Shown here: positions 53,335-64,000 of the stretch, in pieces
How positions within the stretch are numbered: the stretch's first letter is position 1
How the letters are laid out: each line of letters begins with the position of its first letter
Assembly (NCBI GenBank): GCA_964016885.1
Contig: OZ024744.1
Location: forward strand, 117,056,001-117,120,000
Source of the DNA: Eledone cirrhosa
Lineage: Eukaryota
Length of the DNA stretch: 64,000 nucleotides
Direction: 5' to 3'
Position numbers and translations under genes: made by a program
Notes under the pieces: generated by a model
The model's database searches: none
What the model saw: the letters and a program-made list of their open reading frames with translations, nothing else
Told to the model about the DNA's origin: nothing

Positions 53335-53657
53335 AAACATAGATATGTGTCCATGTTTTTCTCCAAGTTAGTTTATTGACTATAACCAATAAATCCATAA
53401 TGATCAACATATTAAGCTAAACTTATTGATTTAGTCGCAATTTTATTGATCTATCTAGCTGTGTTCATTTCTGACCCAATTGGTTTAGGTTGATCAATGC
53501 CTTATGAGTAAAATCTGGTAGACAGGAAGTGTATGGAAGCCCATTATGTGTGTGTGTTTATACATATACATCTTTCATTGATGTATATCAGTAGAAGTGG
53601 GGGAATCGCTTGACAAGATCCCCAGACCTTACCAAGTGAGGTGGAATTCATTAAACC

Positions 53658-54010
53658 AGACCAAAGAAACAATGTTTCCATTGGTCTTTCCATTACTGAT
53701 ACTATCTGTCAGTCACAACACTTGACAGAAGAAAGGAGCTGATCATCAGATTAGACCAAGGAAACAATGTTTCTATTGGTCTTTCTATTACTGATACTAT
53801 CTGTCAGTCACAACTCCTGACAGAAGAAAGGAGCTGATCATCAGATCAGACCAAGGAAACAATGTTTCTACTGGTCTTTCCATTACTGATACTATCTGTT
53901 GCTCACAACTCCTGACAGAAGAAAGGAGCTGATCATCAGATCAGACCAAGGAAACAATGTTTCTATTGGTCTTTCCATTGTTGATACTATCTGTCAGTCA
54001 CAACTCCTGG
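53658..54010. repeat. 95-bp tandem repeat (~3.7 units) with internal hairpin
   Basis: agaccaa at 53658/53753/53848/53943; agaccaaggaaac-aat-gtttcYattggtct. Confidence 0.9.
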
Positions 54011-54364
54011 TAGAAGAAGCATCTTGCTCAAAGACACAACACCCAGCCGGGGAATTGAACTCACAACCTCACGATTGTGAATTTAATTCTCTAACCACTA
54101 AGCCATATGTCTTCCCTAAAAGATGTACGATTTGGTAGATTTGGGCAAATTCAGTTGTTTTTCTGACAAAATGATATTCTGACAAAAATCTGTTTTATCA
54201 ATTATAGACTTCTTTTTAAAAAATTTAATCTAAATGATATTTGGCTGCTATTTCTAATAAGTTGACTGACTGTGTGGCGGCTCCTCTCGTTATCTCAAGG
54301 ACTCTTTCATTAACTGGGAAAGATGGTGTTTATAAAATAACTTGATAAAAACTTATATAAACTT

Positions 54365-54723
54365 AAGATGGAGGGTCATCAGTCAATAGGGCACACTCCT
54401 TTCAGGGATTCCCTTGACTGTTACCAGATGGGGGGGGGGGGTCAATATGGCACACTCCTATCAGGGATTCCCTTGACTGTCACCAGATGGGAGGGGGGTT
54501 GTGAATAGGGCACACTCCTTTCAGGGATTCCCTTGACTGTTACCAGATGGGGGGGGGGGGTGTCAATAGGACACACTCCTATCAGGGATTCCCTTGACTG
54601 TTACCAGAGAGGGGGGGGGGTGTCAATAGGGGCACACTCCTATCAGGGATTCCCTTGACTGTCACCAGATGGAGGGTTGTCAATAGGGCACACTCCTATC
54701 AGGGATTCCCTTGACTGTCACCA
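54365..54723. repeat. ~60-bp tandem repeat (6 units) with variable poly-G
   Basis: gtcaatagggcacactcctWtcagggattcccttgactgtYaccagatg(G)n. Confidence 0.92.
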
Positions 54724-54834
54724 TCCAGTTCTACTGTTCATCATATTCAGCAGGTCAGAATGATTGCAGTTTATATCTACTTCATATGTCTTGCCTTGTC
54801 TCCCTCTCATAGCTCTACCTTGTATGTCTCAAGA

Positions 54835-55252
54835 CTGGAAGCTCATCAGGATGGTGCTTATCCTGGTTTCCATGACGTTAAGCGACTGAGAACAATACTC
54901 TCCCCTCGACAGGACACCGGTCCATCGCAGGGTAGATTCCCAGCTATTGCATTTTAGCTGAGTATACTGGAGCAACTTGAAATGAAGTGTTTTGTTCAAG
55001 AACGCAACACACAACCCAGTCTAACACCCTTACCACTAGGCCACCACACACCTCCACTGTAGTATACTGGAGTAATGTGAAATGTTTTGTTCAAGAACAC
55101 AACACACAACCCAGTCTAACACCCTTACCACTAGGCCACCACATACCTCCACTGTAGTATACTGGATTAATGTGAAATGAAGTGTTTTGTTTTCAAGAAC
55201 ACAAAACACAACCCAGTCTAACACCCTTACCACTAGGCCACCACACACCTCC
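54835..55252 (-). mobile_element. Diverged SINE whose head region is tandemly triplicated (~95-bp units)
   Basis: gtatactggag...aagaacRcaacacacaacccagtctaacacccttaccactaggccacca x3; minus strand reads tggcctagtggtaagggtgttagac (A-box). Confidence 0.7.
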
Positions 55253-55619
55253 TCTTCTGCACACTACAACTGGTTTTCGCTGGGTTGGTAACTAAGGGGT
55301 TAAATGAAAAGATTAAGGTTATCTGATTGTGTGTAAAAAAACATCAACAATGTAATATTGGTTCCAACTAACTTGGCACCAAGATCTAATAATTCAAGAG
55401 AGGTAAGGTTAGAATTGAAAATTATAATGTTTATGTGCTTTACAAAAGTATTAGCAAACTTATAAAAAACATTAATCTAAAAAAACGAAAATACAAAACA
55501 TAGACTATTTCTTATATAGTGAAATGATGAGAACTAAGTGTATCTAGTTTAGACCAGAGACGGCTTATCCCTAGATGTCATAAGAGGTAACTAAAAAAGA
55601 TTGGTGCCAGGAAAGTGAC

Positions 55620-55810
55620 ATCGTCAATATCACATCCGTTGTTCTACCCTCCCATGGGTTGCATGGGTCGTTCTCAGCAAAGCATCTCACCACATGTTGT
55701 GTCCCTTCATCATCTTTTTTGTGAGTCTCAGCAGCCTCTACGCAGGAGTTCTTTAGCATTATTGTACTGTGGCTTTCTTGGCATTTCTTCATCCAGTGAT
55801 CATCGTCCAT
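55620..55810 (-). mobile_element. Degenerate RTE 3' portion contiguous with the 90-bp satellite
   Basis: Continues the satellite frame as HVMCMDDDHWMKKC. Confidence 0.6.
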
Positions 55811-58800
55811 ACACATCACATGTCTAATCCAACACTGTCTCCTCTCCTACACACTACATCTGATTCCTCTTGTACCTAGTTTCTCTCTCAGTTGATTTAT
55901 ACACATCACATGTCTATACCAACACAGTCTCCTCTCCTACACACTAAATCTGATTCCTCTTGTACCTAGTTTCTCTCTCAGTTGATTTATACACATCACA
56001 TGTCTATACCAACACAGTCTCCTCTCCTACACACTATATCTGATCCTGTTATACCTAGTATGTCTCTCAGTTCATCCATACACATCACATGTCTATACCA
56101 ACACAATCTCCTCTCATACACACTACATCTGATTCCTCTTATACCTAGTTTCTCTCTCAGTTCATCTATACACATGACATGTCTATGACAACACAGTCTC
56201 TTCTCCTACACACTACATCTGATTCCTCTTATACCTAGTTTCTCTCTCAGTTTATCACATGTCTATATCAACATAGTCTCCTCTCCTACACACTACATCT
56301 GATTCCTCTTATACCTAGTTTCTCTCTCAGTTCATCCATACACATCACATGTCTATATCAACATAGTCTCCTCTCCTACACACTACATCTGATTCCTCTT
56401 ATACCTAGTTTCTCTCTCAGTTCATCCATACACATCACATGTCTATATCAACATAGTCTCCTCTCCTACACACTACATCTGATTCCTCTTATACCTAGTT
56501 TCTCTCTCAGTTCATCCATACACATCACATGTCTATACCAACACAGTCTCGTCTCCTACACACTACATCTGATTCCTCTTATACCTAGTTTCTCTCCCAG
56601 TTCATCCATACACATCACATGTCTATACCAACACAGTCTCGTCTCCTACACACTACATCTGATTCCTCTTATACCCAATTTCTCTCAGTTCATCCATTCA
56701 TATCACATGTCTATACCAACACAGTCACCACTCCAACACACTACATCTGATTCCTCTTATACCTAGTTTCTCTCTTAGTTCATCCATACACATCACATGT
56801 CTTTACCAACACAGTCTCCTCTCCTACACACTACATCTGATTCCTGTTATACCAAGTTTCTCTCTCAGTTAATGCCTGCATATCACATGTCTATACCAAC
56901 ACAGTCTCCTGTCCTACATCTGATTACTCTTATGCCTAGTTTCTCTCTCGGTTCGTCCATACACATCACATGTCTAACCCAACACAGTCTTCTCTCCTAC
57001 ACACTACATCTTATTCCTGTTTTACCTTTTTTCTCTCTCACTTCATCCATACACATCACATGTCTATACCAACACAGTCTCCTCTTCTACACACTACATC
57101 TGATTCCTCTTATTCCTAGTTTCTCTCTCAGTTCATCCATACACATCACATGTCTATACCAACACGGTCTCCTCTCCTACACACTACATATGATTCCTGT
57201 TATACATAGTTTCTCTCTCAGTTCATCCATACACATCACATGTCTATACCAACACAGTCTCCTCTCCTACACACTACATATGATTCCTGTTATACATAGT
57301 TTCTCTCTCAGTTCATCCATACACATCACATGTCTATAACAACACAGTCTCCTCTCCTACATCTGAGTCCTCTTATACCTAGTTTCTCTCTCAGGTCATC
57401 CATAGACATCACATGTCTATATCAACACAGTCTCCTCTCCTACACACTAGATGTGATTCCTCTTATACCCAGTTTCTCTCAGTTCATCCATTCACATCAC
57501 ATGTCTATACCAAGACAGTCACCTCTCCAACACACTATATCTGATACATGTTATACCTAGTTTCTCTCTCAGTTAATCCATACACATCACATGTCTACAC
57601 TAACACAATCTCCTCTCCTAAACACTACATCTGATTCCTCTTATACCTAGTATCTCTCTCAGTAGATCTATACACATCACATGTCTAACCCCAAACAGTC
57701 TCCTCTCCTACACACTCCATCTGATTCCTCTTATACCTAGTTTCTCTCTCAGTTCATCCATACACATCACATGTCTATACCAACACAGACTCCTCTCCTA
57801 CACAGTAGATCTGATTCCTATTATTGCTAGTTTCTGTCTCATTTAATATATACACATCACATGTCTATACAAACAGTCTCCTCTCCTACACACTACATCT
57901 GATTCCTGTTATTCCTAGTTTCTCTCAGTTCATCCATACACATCACATGTCTATACCAACACAGTTTCCTCTCCTACACACTACATCTGATTCCTCTTAT
58001 ACCTAGTTTCTCTCTCAGTTCATCCATACACATCACATGTCTATACCAACACAGTCTCCTCTCCTACATCTGATCCCTCTTATACCTAGTTTCTCTCTCA
58101 GTTCATCCATACACATCACATGTCTATACCAACACGGTCTCCTCTCCTACATCTGATCCCTCTTATACCTAGTTTCTCTCTCAGTTCATCCATACACATC
58201 ACATGTCTATACCAAAACAGTCTCCTCTCCTACACACTACATCTGATTCCTGTTATACATAGTTTCTCTCTCAGGTCATCCATACATAGCACATTTCTAT
58301 ACCAAAATTCTCCTCTCCTACACACTACATCTGATTCCTCTTATACCTAGTTTCTCTCTCAGTTAATCCCTGCACGTCACATATCTATACCAACACATTC
58401 TCCTCTCCTACATCTGATTCCTTTGATACCTAGTTTCTCTCTAAGTTCATCCATACACATCACATATCTCTACCAACACAGTCTCCTCTCCTACACAATA
58501 CATCTGATTCCTCTTAAACCTAGTTTCTCTCTCAGTTCATCCATACACATCACATATCTATACCCACACAGTCTCCTCTCCTACACACTACATCTGATTC
58601 CTCTTATACCTAGTTTCTCTCTCAGTTCATCATTACACATCACATGTCTATACCAACACAGTCTCCTCTCCTACATCTGATTCCTCTTATACCTAGTTTT
58701 ACTCTCAGTTCATCCATACACATCACTCGTCTATACCAACAAAGTCTCCTCTCCTACCCACTACATCTTATTCCTGTTATACCTAGTTTCTCTCTAAGGT

Positions 58801-59818
58801 TAATCCATATACATCACATGTCTAACCCAACACAATCTCCTCCCCTACACACTACAGCTGATTTCTCTTATACCTAGATTCTCTTTCAGTTCATCCATAC
58901 ACATCACATGTCTATACCAACACAGTCTCCTCTCCTACAGGCATCTGATTCCTGTTTTACCTTATTTCTCTCTCAGTTCATCCATACACATCACATGTCT
59001 ATACCAACACAGTTTCCTCTCCTACACACTACATCTGATTCCTTTTATACTTAGTTTCTCTCTCAGTTAATCACTGCACATCACATGTAAATACCAACAC
59101 AGTCTCCTCTCCTGCAGACTACATCTGATTCCTGTTATACTTAATTTGTCTCTCAGTTCATCCATACACATCACATGTCTATACCAACACAGTCTGCTCT
59201 CCTACATCTGATTCCTCTGATACCTAGTTTCTCTCTCAGTTCATCCATACACATCACATGTCTATACCAACACAGACTCCTCTCCTACACACTACATCTG
59301 ATTCCTATTATTCCTAGTTTCACTCTCAGTTGATCCATACACATCACCTGTCTATACCAGCTCGATCTCCTCTCCTACAGACTAAATCTGATTCCTGTTA
59401 TACTTAGTTTCTCTCTCAATTCATCACATGTCTATACCAACACAGTCTCATCTCCTACACACTACATCTGATTCCTCTTATACCTAGATTCTCCCTCAGT
59501 TCATCCATGCACATCACATGTCTATACCAACACAGTCTCCTCTCCAACACACTACTTCTGATCCCTCTTATACCTAGTTTCTGTCTCAATTAATATATAC
59601 ACGTCACATGTCTATACCAACACAGTCTCCTCTCCTACACACTACAAATTATTCCTGTTTTACCTAGTTTCTCTCTCAGTTCATCCATACACATCACATA
59701 TCTATACCAGCACAGTCTCCTCTCCTATACACTACATCTTATTCCTTTTTTACCTAGTTTCTCCTCTCCTACATCTGATTCCTCTTATACCTAATTTCTT
59801 TCTCAGTTAATCCATACA
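55807..59818. repeat. 90-bp satellite (with 80-bp variant), left arm; RTE ORF2-derived
   Basis: Minus strand of the unit translates LREKLGIRGIRCSV*ERRLCWYRHVMCMDE. Confidence 0.97.
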
Positions 59819-62715
59819 ACTCTGGGAAACTAAACACAAACAACCTGCCATCTTCTACACACCATCATAAACTGCAAGCAGGGTACAAATTGTTGTCCTT
59901 AAATGCTCGCAATTTATGCAACAAGACACATTTGTTTAACTCCTACGTCAGAAGCATCGACCCTGACTTCATCACATTCACTGAAACATGGGCACATTTC
60001 TTACTCTGTGATGGGGTTTTCAGCATTACTGGGTACAACCTCTTCCGCAAGGACCGCATTAATCGTTGTGGTGGTGGTGGTGTAATGGTCTACGTTCGTT
60101 CAAACTTTTTGGTAATTCGTTGCGTTGATTTGAACGAATCACAAGATGTTTTTTTCTGTGACATACGTATGACGATGTCAATACTTCTGCTTGGTGTTGT
60201 TTATCGCCCCCCAAACTACCATCAGGACACACAGCTTTGCGATATCCTCAGAGTTGCTGCCAGGAAAACAGCCACGTATGTGTTTATTGCAGGTGACTTC
60301 AATCATCCTGAGATCGATTGGGAAACCTTTCATTGCCCACAAAATGCAAACGAGCTAGTGCTGGACTCAAACTGGTCACAAGTAGTCACCTCTTCAACAA
60401 GAGGTGACAACACTTTGGACCTGATCTTCACCACTACTCCTGAAGTGGTTATCAGTAGTACTACTGAGGAACCTCTAGGCGACTCTGATCATGCTATGAT
60501 CATTGCCAATCTGGCACTTGCGGGCAGCAACAAAAACCAGAACCATCTCCAATCTGCTTGCTTTGATTGGAAGAAAGCAGATTGAAACTTGTACTGCACT
60601 GAGCTACAGTGGCCAAACTGGAATGAGTTCTATAACTCTGGAGATGTGAACACTATACTCCAGAGCATCCTGGACTCAATATGGATAGCGTGTGCAGCAT
60701 CAATGCCACGTAAGCAGAAAAAAAAACACCCCAAAAGTTCAATTTGGAAAACTTCAGCGGTCCGACTTGCCAGGAAAGAACGTCGGAACACTGAACGGGA
60801 ATATAATCAGATGCCAAGAGAAAAAAGCGGAATAAATCTTCCAACCATCTCAAGCCAGTGACAAAAAAGCAGTGCTTGAATTTGAACAGTGCATAGCAAC
60901 CAATCCTGACAGTAAGGTGTTCTGGAAATATGTTCATTCAAATCAGAGACCTCACTCTCCAGTTGGTCTTCGTCGCAATCCCCACACAAGCCAGATCACT
61001 GACGATCCCAAAGAATGCGCAGAACTCATTGCTGTGTGCTATGCAAGCATTGTTACTGTTGAAAACCAGAATGTCCCGTCTCAACCATCTCTAACATCAA
61101 ATTTCATAACAGCTATACAATTTACACCTGCAATGCTGCGACGTCACCTTAAGAATAAGCGCAACTATGCCTCCCCTGGTCTTGATGGTGTTACATACCT
61201 GCTTCTCAAACGTGGCGGGTACTTCCTTTTGCACCAGCTTTCTTTCTTCTTTCAATACTGTCTCAACAATGGAGCTACTCCGGAGCAGTGGAAAACTACC
61301 TGTTCAAAAAGGGCGACCGCACGTCACCAGTCAGTCTTATTAGCTGTATTGCCAAACTGATGGAATCCTGTGTCAGAGAAACACTGTGGAATTTGGATTT
61401 ATCCCTAATTCCAGTTGCTGTGATCAGCTTATCGAGTTCCTTGAAGACATCACCCGGATCACTGACAGCGGCTCATGGGTGGATGTTGTTTACCTTGACT
61501 TCGCTAAGGCGTTTAATTCTGTGCCACACAAAAGACTTATGGCAAAATTCTCTGCAATGGGTGTGAGGGATGATCTTTTTAATTGGTTGAAATCCTTCAT
61601 TCTCAGCCGAAAAGAGGTGGTCACGGTTCTAGGACAGCATTCTTCACCATATGAGATGTCATCTGGTGTACCATAAGGATCTGTTCTTGGTCCCCATTTG
61701 TTTGTGGCATATATTAATGACATAGATGCCAACTTACAGAATGCCACAGTACTGAAATATACAGATGACATCAAGCTGTACCTTGAAATCAAAAGGACTG
61801 ATCCTGAAATCTATAACTCTTTCTAAAACAATGCAGCAATGGATCACAGACTGGCAACTGAAGCTGGCCGTGGACAAGTGTACAACCATGCATTTTGGGA
61901 GGAAAAATCCAGCATACACATACTCCCTCCACAACACTGATATCAAGAAGTCCTCTTGTGAATGTGACCTGGGCATTACTGTCAGCAGCGATTTGCGTTG
62001 GACAAAGCATGTCTCTAAAATTGTCAAGAAGACTGAGGGTGTCTTGGCATCACTCAGCAAGACCTTTGTTAGCCGTTCTCCAGCCATCTATTTAAAGTTG
62101 TATACAGCTATGGTGCGACCACACTTGGAATTCGCATCATCAGTCTGGAACCCCTATCTTGCTCGGAACATTGACCTCCTGCAAACTGTTCAGAGGCGTG
62201 CAACTAAGCGCATACCCTCCATCAGGCATCTACCATACTCTGAACGCCTTGCTTCCCTGGGCATGGATTCATTGAAACTCCGACATCTGGCAATGGACTT
62301 CGTAAACACCCACAAAGTTATTAACCATCTCGCCAACAACAACCCTGAGCACCTTTTTGATCTCCATGTGTCTAACACACGTGGACATGCCTACAAAATC
62401 AGAAAACAGCACAGCTCCCATGACTTTCGGAAACATTTCTTCACGCTTAGAGTTGCTGAAGCATGGAACAAACTTCCTGCGTCAGTTGTTAGCTGCTGAG
62501 ACACTGCATCCTTTAAAACCCTCATGCTTCCCAAAAGTCGCCAAAACTACACCTGATGTCCCCCTTCCATACACATGCACACATGTGTATATCATGACTC
62601 ATGCACTGTTCATTTTCCTGACATTTGTACATTACCCTATGTACTATACATACACTTTTGATGAGTTGTAGTGCACCTGAGCACTGTACACAATATTTTC
62701 ATTATTATTATTATT
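59819..62715 (+). mobile_element. CR1-type LINE, 5'-truncated (APE endonuclease + RT pseudogene)
   Basis: LNARNL, TETW, GGGVMVYV, YRPP, GDFN, LDLIFT, SDH; QFGF-like EFGFIPNSSC, YLDFAKAFNSVPH, SGVP*GSVLGP, YTDDIKL, LYTAMVRPHLEFAS, QRRATK, TRGH, WNKLP; (ATT)n tail. Confidence 0.96.
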
Positions 62716-63520
62716 ATACACATCACATGTCTATACCAACACAGTCTCCTCTCCTACACACTACATGTAATTCCTCTTATTCCTAGTTTCTCTCTCAGTT
62801 CATCCATACACATCACATGTCTATACCAACACAGTCTCCTCTCCTACACACTACATCTGATTCCTCTTATACCTAGTTTCTCTCTCAGTAGATCTATACA
62901 CATAACATGTCTAACCCAAAACAGTCTCCTTACCTACACACTACATCTGATTTCTCTTATACCTAGTTTCTCTCTCAGTTCATCTATACACATCACATGT
63001 CTATACCAACACAGTCTCCTTCTCTACATCTGATTCCTCTTATACCTAGTTTCTCTCTCAGTTCATCTATACACATCACATGTCTATACCAAAACAGTCT
63101 CCTCTCCTACATCTGATTCCTCTTATACCTAGTTTCTCTCTCAGTTCATCCATACACATCACATGTCTATACCAACACAGTCTCCTTCTCTACATTTGAT
63201 TCCTCTTATACCTAGTTTCTCTCTCAGTTCATCCATACACATCACATGTCTATACCAACAGTCTCCTCTCCTACACACTACATCCGATTCCTCTTATACT
63301 TAGTTTCTCTCTCAGTTTCTCCAGACACATCACATATCTATACCAATAGAATCTCCTCTCCTACACACTACATCTGATTCCTGTTATAACTAGTTTCTCT
63401 CTCAGTTCATCCATACACATCACATGTCTATACCAAAACAGTCTCCTCTCCTACACACTACATCTGATTCCTCTCATACATAGTTTCTCTCTCAGTTCAT
63501 CCATACACATCACATGTCTA
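62716..63520. repeat. 90-bp satellite, right arm
   Basis: Resumes in register after the CR1 tail. Confidence 0.97.
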
Positions 63521-63930
63521 GGTGTCATGACAAAAAGTACCCAGTACACACTGTAAAGTGGTCATGTGGGTGTCACAACAAAAGTACCCAGTACATATTG
63601 TAAAGTGGTCATGTTATGACACCTACATGACCACTTTACAGTGTGTACTGGGTACTTTTTGTCGTGACACCTACATGACCACTTTACAGTGTGTACTGGG
63701 TACTTTTTGTTGTGACACCTACATGACAACTTTACAGTGTGTACTGGGTACTTTTTGTTGTGACACCTACATGACCACTTTACAGTGTGTACTGGGTACT
63801 TTTTGTTGTGACACCTACATGACCACTTTACAGTGTGTACTGGGTATTTTTTGTCATGACACCTACATGACCACTTTACAGTGTGTACTGGGTTCTTTTT
63901 GTCACATCACCTAGATGACCACTTTACAAT
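63520..63930. repeat. 48-bp SINE-derived tandem repeat with an internal inversion
   Basis: Two units reversed (63520..63613), then about six forward units. Confidence 0.93.
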
Positions 63931-63931
63931 A

Positions 63932-64000
63932 CACCCAGCATTCACTGTAAATGAGGTTGGGTTTAAGAAGGGCATCCAGCTGTAGAAATCAAGCCAGAAT
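63932..64000 (+). mobile_element. SINE family B 3' half, runs off the window end
   Basis: cacccagcattcactgtaaatgaggttgg...aagggcatccagctgtagaaatcaagccagaat. Confidence 0.85.

Noticed and set aside
54838-54874. Hammerhead-like words on the minus strand (GAAAC...CTGATGAG)
   Set aside because: Stems I and III and a cleavage triplet cannot be formed; it is a SINE tail hairpin

Overview
Eukaryotic, extremely repeat-rich genomic DNA. The SINE, RTE, CR1, Penelope and TTAA-MITE families and the long (TA)n tracts point to an octopod cephalopod (inferred from repeat content). Only one convincing host coding segment is present: a 3,431-bp internal exon (49375..52805, +) with canonical splice sites, encoding a disordered Ser-rich region. 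The rest is probably intronic and holds more than 15 mini/satellite arrays (17, 27, 40, 47/48, 48, 57, 60, 79, 90, 95 bp units), two tRNA-derived SINE families, an RTE LINE remnant, a CR1-type LINE, a Penelope remnant, a non-autonomous Helitron and several MITEs. Most listed ORFs are translations of repeats. Highlights: (i) two minimal Penelope-type hammerhead ribozyme motifs with covarying stem I; (ii) several satellites that trace directly to transposon pieces, including a 90-bp satellite made from RTE ORF2 codons; (iii) a SINE with a 78-bp target-site duplication; (iv) recurrent fold-back inversions; (v) a short RTE derivative that keeps a C2H2 finger.
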